A stretch of DNA of 64,000 nt from Protoeuglena noctilucae (Eukaryota), in assembly GCA_958009085.1 (NCBI GenBank), contig OY253682.1:62001-126000 (forward strand), in the 5' to 3' direction. The notes under the pieces were generated by a model, which searched no databases, had not been told where the DNA came from, and was given only the letters and a program-made list of their open reading frames with translations. Every line of letters begins with the position of its first letter. The first letter of the stretch is position 1. Below, one piece after another: positions 11,564-24,821 of this stretch. The translations under genes and the position numbers were made by a program.

Positions 11564-14500
11564 TCATCCCCCTTGCCCCAGCCCAGCCCACGCGCCCCCA
11601 CCCGCCCCGCTGCTGAGTGTCCTGCCCCATACACGCCTGGACGCAGCCACCCCCGCCGAGTCCTTTTGAAAGTACAGCTGCACCTGACCGTCCGCAGAGT
11701 CGAGAGTGCCCAGGGACCCCACCCCAGGGCCCCGGTGGGACCGCGATTGGCGCAGAGAAGCACGGGGTTCGCTTGGGGCGGCGAGGGAGGTGTTGGGGGC
11801 GAGGGAGGGGTCCGCGCGGCCGTCGCCGTCTCTTCCTGTCGCTGCGGCGCGCGATGGGGGGCGCGGGCGGGTGTCGAGTGTGGGGCGGGTGGCGGTCCGT
11901 GTAACAGTGGAAGTGTCATTGTTGGCGCCTGTGATGGGGACGAAGTCCTTCCTCGCGTGATGTAATATGGCCCTCTTCATCGACTGCAGCGTCCCTGGTC
12001 TCTCCTCTAAGTGGCGCTCCAGGGCCTGGCGCAGCTGCTCCACTGCGGGGGGGTGTGAAGGAGAGGAGAGGTATGGTCAGAGGTACAAGTAAGAAGTACG
12101 AACAGAGTGAGAGATAGAAGTCAGAAGCACCTAAGCCATTCCGATGCCCACCGGCAGCAACTGGAACGCCGAGTCAAAGAGTGCAGGCGTGTGTTCTTTT
12201 GCCATCCTCACCTGTTGCGTGCAGCGATGCCTCCCGCTCCGCCGCCGCCTCCAGCTCCCCCTCCATCCGCAGCACCTCTCCCCGCAGCTCCTCCACCTCC
12301 CCAGGAGCCGCGATCGGCCAAGGCACCGCACCCCACCGCCCCCGCCCCCCCCGCGCGTCACCCTCCCCACCTCCCCCGCTCCGCCGCCCGCCCACCCCGT
12401 ACGGGGCCGTTTCCTCGGACTTTTCGGAACTCACAGCCCCGCCCTGTGCACCCAGTGCACCCTGCATGCCCTGTGCACCCGGCATGCCGTTGTGAGTACT
12501 ACCCTGCACGCCATGCGCGGTTGTCTTCGGCTGCCCCACCGGCCCCGCCCCGTCCGTTGCCGCCCGTCCCCGCCGCTCCCTCGCCCCCGCGACCAGTGGC
12601 GCCGGCACCGCGCCCCCTCCCCCACCCTCACTGGACCCGCTCTCGCTGCCGACGCCCGACCCTCGCCTGTCCCCACGCGCCCGCCCCACCTGCTCCTCTG
12701 TGCTGACAGGTCCATCTGCGCGACGCCCTGCCACCGCTCGCATCCTCTGCCTCTCTTTGTCTCGCCTTCCGCTCTTCCTTAGCCTTGGCAGCGGCCCTCC
12801 TTGCAGACTCGAGGGCGGCTCTGAGGCGGTCGTTCTCTCTGTGGGCATCCGCCAGGGCAGACTCCAACACAGCCCTGGGGGGGTATGGGGAGACCATAGT
12901 AACAGTCAGCGTCAGTCAGCATTGGCGTCAGGAGTGAGGCGATGGACAGAGGCAGCAGGGAGCACTGTGCTCTGGCACTGTCATGGGGCAGTGTGGCGTA
13001 CGTGTAGCATACATATAGCATGTGAGTGAGTGTTGGCCTTTTCATCTCACCGCTCCTGCACGCCCATCTTGTCAGACCCGCCGCCCCTTGCCCCGCCTGC
13101 ATTGCCCGCCCGTGCAACGGGCTCCCTCACTCCTTGGGACTCTTGTTCGTCCATCATCGCCACCAGATCCGCCTCCGCCGCCGCCGTCCGCCTCTCCAAA
13201 GCGCCCCGCTCCGCCGCCCACCGCGTTCGCTCCCGGGCGATGTCTGCAGCCAGGCGCTCCGCCTCTCCCCGTGCCGCTGCCAGGGCCCCCTCGGCCGCCT
13301 CCGCCCTGCCACGCGCCTCACTCGCTTGGATTTCCGCTCTTGCCACCGCATCCCTCATACCGTCTCTCTCCCTCACCACCGCGTCTCTCTCAGCCCTGGC
13401 GGCATCTCTCTCTCTCCGCATTCCCTCCACCTCAGCCCTCGCAGCGTCCCTCTCCTTCACCATCGCATTTCTCTCAGCCCTCATCCCGTCCCTCTCCCTC
13501 GCCATCCCATCCCTCTCCCTTTCAGCTCTTGCCACCGCATCCCTCATCCCATCCCGCTCTTTCACCACCGCGTCCCTCTCCCCCTCCGCCCGCCGCTGCC
13601 CCTCCGCCGCCTCCGCGGCCCTGCCCCTCTCCGCCGCCACCTCTCTCTCCAACAGACCCATGGCGTGCTCCCGCCGACGATTCGACTCCTCCGCACGCGC
13701 ATCCGCAGCCGCAGCCGCCACCTCCAGGCGCCCCGCGCGCTCCCGCCACTCCCGCACCTCACGTTCCGCCTCCGCAGCACGATCCCGCCACTCCCGAGCA
13801 TCCGAGGCAGGCGAGCTCGCCCCCTCGTCATGGCTCGTCACATCCGCACTTGCACCTGCACTCGTAGTCGCACCCGCACCCGCACCCACGCCCGCGCCCG
13901 CACCCGCACTTGCACCGACACCCGCACCCGCACTTGCACCCGCATCCCCTCCCCTGCCCCCCCTGGCCATCGCCGCCCTCGCTTCCGCCGCCACCGCCCT
14001 CGCCCGCATCTCCCCCACCTGCCGCGACAGAGCCTGGCACTCCTCTCGCAGACTGGCATGCACAGCACGATACTCGTCCACCTGCTCAGTGCGCTCCTTG
14101 AGCAGCGTCGCCAGCTCCCGCACCCGACCCCGCGCACCCTCCTCCTCGCCCGCACCATCCTCTCCCACTCCCGCCCCTGCTTTCGCGCCCGCAGTGCCAC
14201 CCTCCATCGCCCGCACCCGTCCCGCCATCCGTGCCACCACCGCCCTGTGGTCCTCCCTCATTTTGTCCAGCGCGTCTTCCAATCGCTCTTTCCCCTCCAA
14301 ATGAGAGGCCTTCAGTGCGTCCTCTAGTCGCAGGTTGTCGCGGATGAGCTCCTGTGGGGGTATGTGTGGATGTGGATGTGGGTGTGGGTGCAGGAGTTGG
14401 TATGGTGCCACTATCTTCCTCAGCTCTCTGTCACTCATCAGTACCTTCCCCATCCCTCTCTCTCCCTCACCTGTATCTTCCTCAACGCGCTGTCCCTCTC

Positions 14501-17410
14501 CTGCCCCGCGTCCGCATGCAGCCTCCGGTACTCCTCGGCCTCCCCCTTCGCCCTCCCCAGCGCCTTTGTAGCCTCGGATAGCTCTTTGCTCTTCTCCGCC
14601 ACGTCTCTCTCCGCCTGCCGCTGCTTGGACCGGGCGGCCTTGGCCTCTGCCTCGGCCTGGCGAAGGCGGGCGTGCAGGGCGTCGGGCTGGGGGGTTAGGG
14701 GAGGGGTGGAGTGAGGGTGGGAGATGGGGTGGTGTGATGGTAGAGTGAATGGAGATGAGAGATAGGGGAAGAGGGTGAAGAGAAAAACGGAGATAATTGC
14801 CAACAGAAGAGGAGAATAACCACAGCGCTCGACACCAGCCCCACCATGCTCCATGCTACATCACCTTGACTGCTTCACTCCCACTCCCACCCCCACCCTC
14901 GCTCTCCTCTCACCTTGGTCCCCTCCTCTCTCGCCCCCTCCTTCGCCCCCGCAGCCTTGGCCTTGGTCGTCTCTGCCTCCTCCAGCCGCCGCGTCAGGTC
15001 ACGCACGCGCGCCTGCAACGCCGACTCGGACGCAGACAGCCTGGGGAAAGGATATGCTTGAGTCAGTAAGTAAGAAAGCCAATCTGCTGCTCTTGCCATT
15101 CCATGGTTTCAGCGACTATCTTACCCTACCCCTGCTCCCATCCACCGCCCCATACACCATCCCACCATCGCCCCACCCATCGCCAGGCCCCCACCTGCTC
15201 TCCGCCTCCGCCGCCGCCCTCCCCGCCCGCCCCATCTCCCCCACCAGTCGCCTCTGCTCCGCCTCCGCAGCCACCAGCCCCGCCTCCAACTCCGCCACGC
15301 GATGCTCCAGGTTGCCCCTTGCAGCGCACATCTGGCAATCACTGGCATCGACGGACATGACACCGTTGTCGTGCTCAGCCAATGGCCCCTGCTCTCCCTC
15401 GCGGTCGCTGCCGTCCTCGCCGTCGGCTCCGTAAGCCTCCGCAGATGCCTCGGCCTGTACACGGAGCAGGTGCGGGAGAGAGCGTTAGTGAACAGTGTGT
15501 ACATTCTTATGCAACACAATAGAGGGGCACTGCACAGTGCTAGGAAAGCACTCGTACAGCAGTCGCCTGCTATCGCTCGCGTACCAATCCCCATTCATGC
15601 CACCCAGCCCTCGCCTGCTCTCCCATCATCCGCAGGTACTCCATCACGGCCGGCAGCCCCTGTCGGAGGACCGAGGGCGGCGGGTGCACGAGGGGGTTGC
15701 AGCCCGTGGTGAGCCGCTTCAAAGCCTGGAGCCGGGTCAGCTGGTGTGGGAGGGCGGTGAGGGCGTTGTCGGCAACCTCGATCGTCGAGAGTGCTTTAGA
15801 GCACGATCCCAGGGTGGCGGGGAGCGCGGTGAGGTGGTTGTGGTGGACGGAGAGCGTCTGCAGTGACGCCAGCCGGGAGATGGCAGCGGGGAGAGCGGTG
15901 AGGTGGTTGTGGGAGAGGTGGAGGTCGCGCAGGCGCGGGAGGGCGCAGAGGGACGGGGGGAGGTGGGTGAGGGCGTTGTGGTGGGCGTGGAGGGTGGAGA
16001 GGGCGTGGAGGGAGGAGAGGGACGGGGGAAGCGACTCGATCTGGGGGGGCGAGAGGGACAGGGGTGGGGTTGGAGCAAGGCGTGAGGGCGATGAGTGATG
16101 GGATGTGGCTGTGGGTGGCAAGCACGCATGCGGCACCTTCATAGCCCCGCCTTCCTTGCAACGCAAGACATCGTCACCCCCACGCTTGCCGACCCCCTTC
16201 ATGCATTGCCAGCCCTGCCGTTCTGCAACACAACTGACCCACGTCATGCATTCCCAGCACCACCCTCCTCGCCTGGTTGTACGACACCTCGAGGCGCTGC
16301 AACCCCACGCAGAGGCCGAGTGTCCCGGGCAGCGACCGCAGTGCGTTGCGGGAGAGGACGAGCTCAGTCAGCGAGGTGAGGCGACCGATGGCGTCTGGGA
16401 GCTCGCGGATGTCATTCGAATCCAAGACGAGGCGGCGGAGGGAGCGGAGGCGGAAGATGAACTGGGGGTGACGGGGGAAGAGAGGTTGAGAGGTGGGAGG
16501 GTGGAGCGGCGGGTGGTGGAGGGGTGGCGTGGGTAGCAGAGCAGTGTGCAGCTAGGTCGTGAGAGGGGACACGCAGTGCCGCACAGATGTCGTGGGCGTG
16601 CCGCTGTCACATGGAGCAAGGGGCTGTGCCTGTTCCTGCAACAGCACGTCGCAATCGCCACCAATGCGCGCCCCCCACCTCTGGGACCTGCGTCAAGTGG
16701 CTGCCGACCACGGCCAGCTCCGTCAGCCGCGCGCCCTCATCACGCAAGAACCCCTCGACCTCCCCAGGCAGCTCAGACCACGACAGGTGCTCCAACGCCA
16801 AACGCCCGGTCTGGCGCGCCGACTCAAGCGCTGCACCCACGCGCGCCCGCGCCTGGGGGCTGCCCAGGTCGCTTGCCGGAGCTGCGGGCTCGCGAGCGGG
16901 GCCGTCATGGCCGATAGGGTCGCCGGGGTCCCCGGGATCGTCCCTTGCGAAAGAGGCAAAGGTCGTGACCGCAACCGGTGATGCTGGCTTGGGGCCCGCG
17001 CGGCCGTGGGAGCTGGTCAGGGAGCGCCGGAGGGAGCGGACGGAGGTGAGGGTTGCGGGAGAGGCGCTGCCTTTCATCGAAGAGACGGTGCGGCGGAGGG
17101 ACGCCGAAGCGGCCGAGGGCTGTGGCGCCCCTGATGCTCGGCTGCGCGGCCGGCTGCCCCGTTCGTCATCTGGGTCTCGACCCGAAGCAGTCCTGCGTGC
17201 GACAGAGGGGTTGCGATGACGCAAGAGGCGCGCAGAGGTGCGGGCGCGGGGTCCCTGCGGCACGGTCGCGTCAGCGAGGCCCGCGGACGGAAGCAAGCGA
17301 GGCGTCACGCGAGGGCATTGCCGCGGACGAGATCGAGAGCAAAGGAGAAGAAGCGACAGAAGATGGCGGGCGGGAAGTTCCGCGCGCGCCTTGTCTGCGA
17401 TTACATGCAT
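11564..17410 (-). CDS. Leucine-rich repeat protein with long C-terminal coiled coil; multi-exon, start uncertain (ATG 17077, 17410 or 17584)
   Basis: LRRs (LPDAIGRLTSLTELVLSRNALRSLP, LPPSLCALPRLRDLHLSHNHLTALP) with a cap NPLVHPPPSVLRQGLPAVMEYL. This splices in frame (GC donor at 15614) into E/A/R-rich heptad exons from 15.4 to 11.6 kb. Confidence 0.72.
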
Positions 17411-18127
17411 TCCGCTCACCAGGAACCTGCCATGGGGGCCAGCAGCGGCTCGGAACCTCTTCAATGGACGCGACCCCTCTCTTATCAATTGCGTCAGCAA
17501 CTGGGATGCGGGAGACTGCTGGCTGCGTGGGGAACGAACTGTGTACATTGTGGGGGCGCACAAGAAGCGCAAATGATCATGCACCCGTGGTTCTCAGTCC
17601 CTGCAAACGCTGACACAAGGAGAGTTCCTATACATGCATTCTCACCCATCAACAGACAATGCGGGATCGTGAGCAGTGCGCCGCAGTCTTAGAAAGTCAT
17701 GTCGTGGCTCGCCTAGACTCCACTCCCATCCGGTTGCCGATGCAACGCAAGAAACCATTACGCCAATCAACAACCGTGTTTGTGGACGAGCCGCACGCTT
17801 AGGCCAGCCCCGTGCGGGCCATGCCAGAGCGCGACACACTTCCCTGGCCCGCGCTGGCAGTGCGGCGCAAGGACTGAACGAGCGAAGCTCGCGGACGCTT
17901 TCTGCTTGCTACAAAAGCTGTGTGAGGCTGAGAAGGGACCCCTTCCAGGCGGTCCTCGACACAGAGGGAGCAGCTGGGAAGTGCCAGCCGCGCGAGCCCT
18001 CGCTCGTGTAGCGCTCCTTTCTTATTTTGTAATTGTCGTTGTTTGCTTCCTACGGCGGGGGTAGTGCGTCCTCACGAGTGCCCCGCTCGGCGCCTGGCCC
18101 GACACCTGCTAACAACACGGTCCTTGG

Positions 18128-21100
18128 ATGGCCGGGTGGGACGGATGGCGCAGCAAGGGGCCCAGGCATCTCGGTTGAGGGATGTAGGAAACTGTCGCGA
18201 TGCGCGGGCTGCCGACCGGCCCGCGAAAGCGGCTGGCGAGGGAGGTGTGGGGCTGCCCGTGTCCGCGCGCGCCGGCGGAGTCCGCTTGGTCTAGTAGGCA
18301 CGGCCCCGCACTGGCCACACATCGTTCTCCCCGCGCAGGTCGTGGACGGCTCGCGGCGATAGCGGAGAGCCCCGCGGGGCCAGTCCCAACGCGCGACACG
18401 TGCGCTGCGGAGGGCAAGGAAAACGCCGCCGACGGTGCGCTCTGGCCGAGGCGCGCCTGATGCAAAAAGCAAAGCTGTTTACTGCCAACCGGAACGCGCT
18501 GCGTGCCCCGCGCATCCGCAGAGGCCGGGGTCGGGGCCGCGTCGCTGCGTGCGAAAATCGACGTCCTGCGCCGCGAGTCCGAAATGCGCGCCGGGAGGGT
18601 CCCCCAAACGGACGGCGCCGGGGATCGTGAGGTTCCCATGTCGCTGCAGGCCGTGGTGAATGACCTCGTGGCAGACCCGGACTTCCACACGCGCGTGCAG
18701 TCCATCCTCCACGCCCAGCTGACCAGCACCAAGGACGGAGGTGGGGCATGCTCTAGCGGCCATTGCGCTGTGCGGGACGTGTCCTTGCGCCGGCCTCGCC
18801 TCGCGCAGCCCCAGAGGGTCACTGCTCACTGTCGTTGTGACGGACTGACCGCCCTTGCGCACCTCGCCATGTGCGCAGCTACCAAGGAGGGCCGCATCCG
18901 GGAGCTGGCGGACATGGTGAAGCAGTGCCGCAAGGTCCTCCGCGAAGCCATGGGCCGCATGGAGCAGCTGGGGGGCGCGGCACGTCAGTTCGAGACCGCG
19001 GCGGCGCAGGCCCTGGAGCGTGCCCAGAGAACTGACACAGCACCGGGGCTGTCGGAGCGCATTTCGGAGACGCAGGCCGCGGCGCAGATCAAGATGCTGC
19101 AGGCGGAGGTGCTGGAGGCGCGCACCGCATTCAAGAACCTCCAGGCGCAGGCGAGTGGGGCGCACGTGGGTGTGTGGGGTGCATGTGGGGTGCAAGCGAT
19201 AGGCGGCAGGAATGAGGGCCGGGTGTGACATAAACGGCATGTTCATGGCACTGAAGACCTCTAACTCCACCCTGTCAACCCCTCCCCTCTCCACTCCCCG
19301 CAGGCCCAGGTGCAGAGTGACCGCCTGACCGGCCAGCTGAGCGGCGCGATGCGGGAAGTGGACCGTCACAGGCAGGAGAAGGAGCTTGCGGAGCAGTTCC
19401 AGAGGAGGGCGGAGGAGAAAGCGGCGAAGGTGGAGTCGGAGGTGCGGCAGATGAAGCGAGAGTGCCGCGACCAAGTGCGGGCGGCGGAGGCCGAGGTCGA
19501 CGCCCTGCAGAAGCAACTGGCCGAGGTGAGGGGGACAAAGAAGGGTGTTGAGATGGATAGTGAGATCGACGCCCTGCAGAAGCAACTGGCCGAGGTGAGA
19601 GGGGGACAAATGGGGGGCTTAAAAGGGACAAAGGGGACGACGCACTTTGCATGTGGATGCAATCGGGTCTGTGTCTGCGACGGGGCGTGCCTGGTTGGGT
19701 TGCGTGGGTGGCACCGTGCGATCCCTGCCATGAACCCTCTCTCTAGCTTTTCTACCACCTCACAACTCACCTTTTCATAGAAAACACCGTCCCCGCATCG
19801 CAGGCCCAGCGTTCGCACCAGGCCGAGCGTGACCAGCTGGCGGCGAGGCTGGGGGAGGCGGAGAGGCGACTGGCGGAGGCAGAGACCCGGGTGGCGGCGC
19901 TGGGGAGGGACCTGGCCGATACCACACGGGCCAAGGCGGCACTGGAGGTGAGGGGCGATGGCGGTGGTACAGCAAGATGGCTTGACACATGCAGCAGCAG
20001 CAGCAGCGACCATCGCAATGGATCGCTCGGTGTTGTTCGTGGCACTGAGTGGAAAGTGCTTCATTATGACTGCTTAGCGTGTTGCAGTAGCAGAGATTGT
20101 GCTGTGTGTTGCGTGACCCGTTTCGTGCTGTGGCCGATCCCAGAAGGAGGCGGCGCAGCTGAAGGGCGCCAACGGGGGCCACCAGGCGCTGATCGCTCGG
20201 CTGGAGGGCGACGCGGCGGCGCTGTGGACGCAGCTCGAGTCGGCGCAGCGGGGGTGGGCGGCGGCGGAGGCGGCGCTGGGGGTGGCGAGGGCGGAGGCTG
20301 CCGAGTGGCGGGGGCGGGCGGAGCGGGCGGAGCGGGAGGGCGCTGAGGTGGCGGAGCGACTGGGCGCGGAGAGGGACAGCGCAGAGGCGGCGCGCGCGCG
20401 GGCGGCGGCGGAGGCGGCGGCTGCGGTGGAGGAGGCACGGGGTCTGCGGCGCGAGGTGGCGGGGCTGCAGGGGGAGCTGCGGGAGACCCGGACGGCCAAG
20501 GACCGGCTGAAGGAGGGGCTGCAGGAGGCGTCGGAGCAGCTCACAGCGCTGGGGGAGCAGCTGGCACAGGTAGGGTTTGGTGGGATGGGGGCACGGGCGG
20601 GGCTGGGTTGCAGGGTGGAAGGGCAAGAGTGGGTGGGGGGGGCAAGATGACTGGCTGGGGTGGTGGAAGTGGCAGGGATCTACACATATAGAGATGCTTG
20701 GTGCTTGTTGTTACTCACTGTGTACCTGTGTCCCCTTACTGTCGCAGGCGGGGCGCACGGAGGCGGAGTTGCGTGCGTCGCTGGCGAGCGCGGAAGAGGC
20801 GGCGGCATCTGAGGGGGAGGGTCGCAGGGCTGCGGAGTCGCGTGCCGAGAGGGCGGAGGCGGAGGCGGCGGAGGCGGTGGGGGAGCTGGAAGCAACGAAG
20901 AGGAGGTGAGAGGGTGTGAGAGGAGAGGTGGCATAGGGGTGGGGGTGGGGGTGGGGGTGGGGGTGGGGGTGGGAGGGATGGTCACATGTATGTCATGGGA
21001 GGAGGTCACCGTGCCCAGAGCGTCCTTTGCGTGTGTTGTGCCATGCCCAATGTCCTTTACAACTGGCAGCGGCAGGTTTGCCTCACGCCACCCATCTCAC

Positions 21101-23558
21101 CCCAGGACGACCGATACATGCTCACCCCGCCACCCCACTCTCTATCCACCCAGGGCCCGCGACGCCGAGACGAAGCTGGAGGCGATCGAGTGCGAATTAG
21201 AAACTCTCAAGGACATCGCGGGGGGCGGGGGCGACCAGAAGGACCTGCTCAACCGCCTCATCGCCAAGGTCGGGCAGCTGGAGGCGGCGGCTGCTGAGAA
21301 CGAGGCCAGGCGCCGGGCGCTGCAGAACGAGGTCCTTCAACTCAAGGGCAACGTGCGGGTGTTCTGCCGGGTCCGGCCGGGCAAGGCGGGGCCGACCGCG
21401 GTGCAGTGCCTGCCGGACCGGGCGTCGGTGGCGGTGGCGCAGGGGGGCAAGGACCACGCCTTCTCCTTCGACCGGGTGTTCCCCCCGACCGCGGGGCAGG
21501 CCGAGGTGTTTGCGGAGGTGGCCGAGCTGGTCCAGTCGGCGCTGGACGGCTACCAGGTCTGCCTGTTCAGCTACGGGCAGACAGGGGCCGGCAAGACCCA
21601 CACGATGCAGGGGCAGCCGGGGAGCCCGTCGGCCCGCGGGGTCATCCCCCGTGCGGTGGACCTGATCCTGGACAGTGCGGCTCGGATGGAGCGGCAGGGG
21701 TGGCGGTTCGCGTTTGAAGCGGCGTTCGTGGAGATCTACAACGAGCAGATACGGTGAGCAGTGGGTGGGTGGATGAAATGGATGAGAAGTGATGAGTAGA
21801 TACGGTGAGGGGGTTGGGTGTTGGGGGATGAGATGGGGGAGATGTAAGAGGTAGATACCGTGAGGGGGTGAGTGGGTGGATAGTTGAGATGGGGGACGTA
21901 TGAGCAGATACGGTGAGGGGGTGGGTGGGTGAGTGAGACGAGGGATGCATGGAAGCATAAGGCCTGTGCTTGCACGGCACACCTCTCCACACCCACTGTG
22001 CCTCTCCCCACCCCCATCAATCAACCCACAGCACGTCTCTTCACCCCAATCACTCAACCCACTGCCTCTCTCCCCACCCCCCACCCAGGGACCTGCTGGC
22101 GTGTCGCCGCGGCGGCAGCAAGATCGACGACAAGAACCCCATCAAGCACGACCCGGACACGGGGGTGGCTGTGGTGCAGGGGGCCGTGAGGGAGGCCATT
22201 TCGTGCTGCGAGGACGCGCACGACATGATCCGGAGGTGAGGGGGCTTGGGAGTGACAGACGGGACGGGGTCACGAACAATGAATGTCAGTACATGGGAAC
22301 GGTCTCTTACACCCTCTCCCTGGCACTCTGCCACACGGCCAACCCCACAGCCCCTCACCTCCCTCTCGCTTCCCCTCCCCAGCGCCACCCCCTCTCTCGC
22401 CAACCCCTCACCCCCCTCTCGCTTCCCTTCCCCAAAGCCACCCCCCTACTCCCTCATATCCCTTCCTCTCCCTTGTCCCACTCAGGGCCAACGCCGCGCG
22501 TGCCACCGAGTCCACGGCCATGAACGCCGAGTCCTCCCGCTCCCACTCGGTCTTCATGATGTACATCACGGGGACACGCGAGACGACGCAGACACGACTC
22601 ACAGGCGAGAGGGGCCATGGTGGGGGTGGCGACTGTGGTGCAACGGCTGTGCTGTGCTGTGCTGTGCTGTGCTGTGCTGTGCTGTGCTGTGCTGTGCTGA
22701 GCTCACCCATCGCATAGACACCTTTCTCCTGTCCCCTTCTCCATTGCCACCCTATCACCTCACACCCCCTGTGCCCCATCAACACCCACCCTCCCGCCAC
22801 CCCGCAGGCGCCCTCAACCTGGTCGACCTGGCTGGCTCCGAGCGCCTCGACCGCTCTCTGGCGGAAGGGGCGCGTGCCAAGGAGGCCATCCAGATCAACA
22901 AGTCTCTCTCTGCGCTCGGCGACGTCTTTGCTGCCCTCAGCGCCAAACAGACCCACGTGCCGTACCGGTGAGGTGCAGGGAGGGAGCGGTGCGGGCGGGC
23001 GGATGCGAGCTGGACACGCTTTTGCTCATTGGAATGGCCCTGGCTACCCCTGGCGCCCCTTGTGCCACACTGTAGTTAGTCACAGTCGCCCTCTACTACT
23101 ACACCTCGCTCCCCGCAACCGCCCACCTGCCTACGCGCACCCCCAGGAACAGCAAGCTGACTCACTTGCTGCAGCCGTGCCTGGGCGGCGACGGCAAGAC
23201 GCTCATGTTCGTCAACATCAGCCCGGAGCCCGACAGCGCGCACGAGACGGTCTGCTCCCTGCGGTTCGCAGCGCGTGTCAACCAGGCGAGGGGCGATGGG
23301 GGAGAGTGGCATTGCGAAGCACGAAATGCTTTGGTGCAGGGTAATCCCCAGGGTAAGGGTAAGGGTGAATATAGCTCCGGACAGTAGTTGCCACCTGAGA
23401 GCCATGTGCGCCCGTGGCCCGTGCAGTGCGAGACGGCGGCGAGGGGTGGGGCCCGAAGGACGGTGACGGTGGCTGGGGAGGAGCCCGAGGGGGCCAAGGC
23501 CCCGAGAGCCAGGCCCACGACGGCCCCTGCCACTCGTGCCAAGCGAGCCCGCGTCTGA
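18128..23558 (+). CDS. Kinesin-14 (C-terminal motor, KIFC1/Kar3/ATK-like); multi-exon, start uncertain
   Basis: Coiled-coil stalk, then neck [31 protein letters not shown]-loop [63 protein letters not shown]-terminal KEN box (GKENAAD). Confidence 0.93.
22646..22698 (+). repeat. (GCTGT)n pentanucleotide microsatellite in a kinesin intron
   Basis: About ten tandem GCTGT units visible directly. Confidence 0.9.
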
Positions 23559-24821
23559 CGGTGATTGGGTGCATAGGAGACACCATCACCCGATCACTCC
23601 CTGGGGCGTCAGTGCCGGTCCATGCAGGGCCACAGGCAGCTCTCTCGGATGCGTCGATTGGTCTGTGCAAACTAGACAACCCGTGAACCCTCTTCTGTCG
23701 GTCTTAGCTCCTGTCTGACGCTTCCAAACACGCTGTGACTGAAAACGTGCCGAAGTGAGAAAAAGTGTTTGATGGGTTAAGGTGCGGAGGCACGAGCATC
23801 GGAGACATCGCCGCCTTCGCTCGGCCGGTAGCGCACGGCCAGGAGCGCGGCTGCCAGCTGCCCACACACCGTGCCAGGCCGGCCCTGCCAGTGCCCCGCG
23901 CCTCGCCAGTTCCAACGGCCTGCTGGGCTTCCTGACACAGCGACGACCCCTCCGCTCCGCATATCGACCGGCCCTGCCTGCGAGGAGCAGCCCGCTCGCC
24001 TGCCGGCGCATCGGCGGGAGGTGCTGCTTCGACAAGATGCATGCGCGGGCGCACGGGGCCTCCTGCCCGCGCGGGTGGGGGCCCAGGTGCGGGCGGCGGG
24101 GCAGGGACGGAGAGAGCTTTGACAACGGAGCCGCGCAGGGTGGCGGGGAGCAGCAGCGGTGTCGCGCCGGTCGCGTGGCGAGGCAAGCGGAGACGCCTGC
24201 ATCTGCGGCCGCGCGATGGGGCTCCGGAGACGACGGGGGGTCATACGGAGCGGGGCGATGAGGGTATCGCGTGACGATGGAGGTCCGGCGGTGGCTGCGC
24301 GGCGCGGATGGGGCCGGGAGGCGAGCGTGGACTGTGACCTGCATGGGTCAACCTCTTAGGGAGCAATGCCGACGGGCCGCTGCCCGGGGAGGCCGAGCGC
24401 CGGGACGGCAGTTCCGCCTCCTACATCAGCTCGCGGCCGCGGGGAGGAGGAGCCGGGAACGAGGGATGGCCCGGTCTGTCGAAGGTGACGGCTTGGGTGG
24501 GGGCAGACGCGGCCGTCGGGGACGCGCGTGCGCGGCATTCGATACAAGAAAGAGGATGCGGGGCAGGGGGAGGCGCGGCGCGCTGTCGGGTGCGCCTGAC
24601 AGGGGTGCACCGCTGGGTCGGACAGCTGCTGTAGCCCGGCGGGTGCTCAAGAGGGGCGGAGGGGCGCGCGCGGCAGGACATTTCCATTGCGACGACGAAT
24701 ATATCGACCCGCGCGCAGAGCGATACGGATTATACGCGCTCGATAGGCTTCTGCCGGTATTGTGCTCTCCGGCGTTGGGTGGTGGGCCGTCAGGAGTGTG
24801 GGAAGTGGGCGGCACGTCAAG

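Noticed and set aside
23700..24820. ORFs upstream of the Nudix gene as extra exons or a separate gene
   Set aside because: No motifs or codon bias, and MGCCSS at 24822 is a more convincing start.
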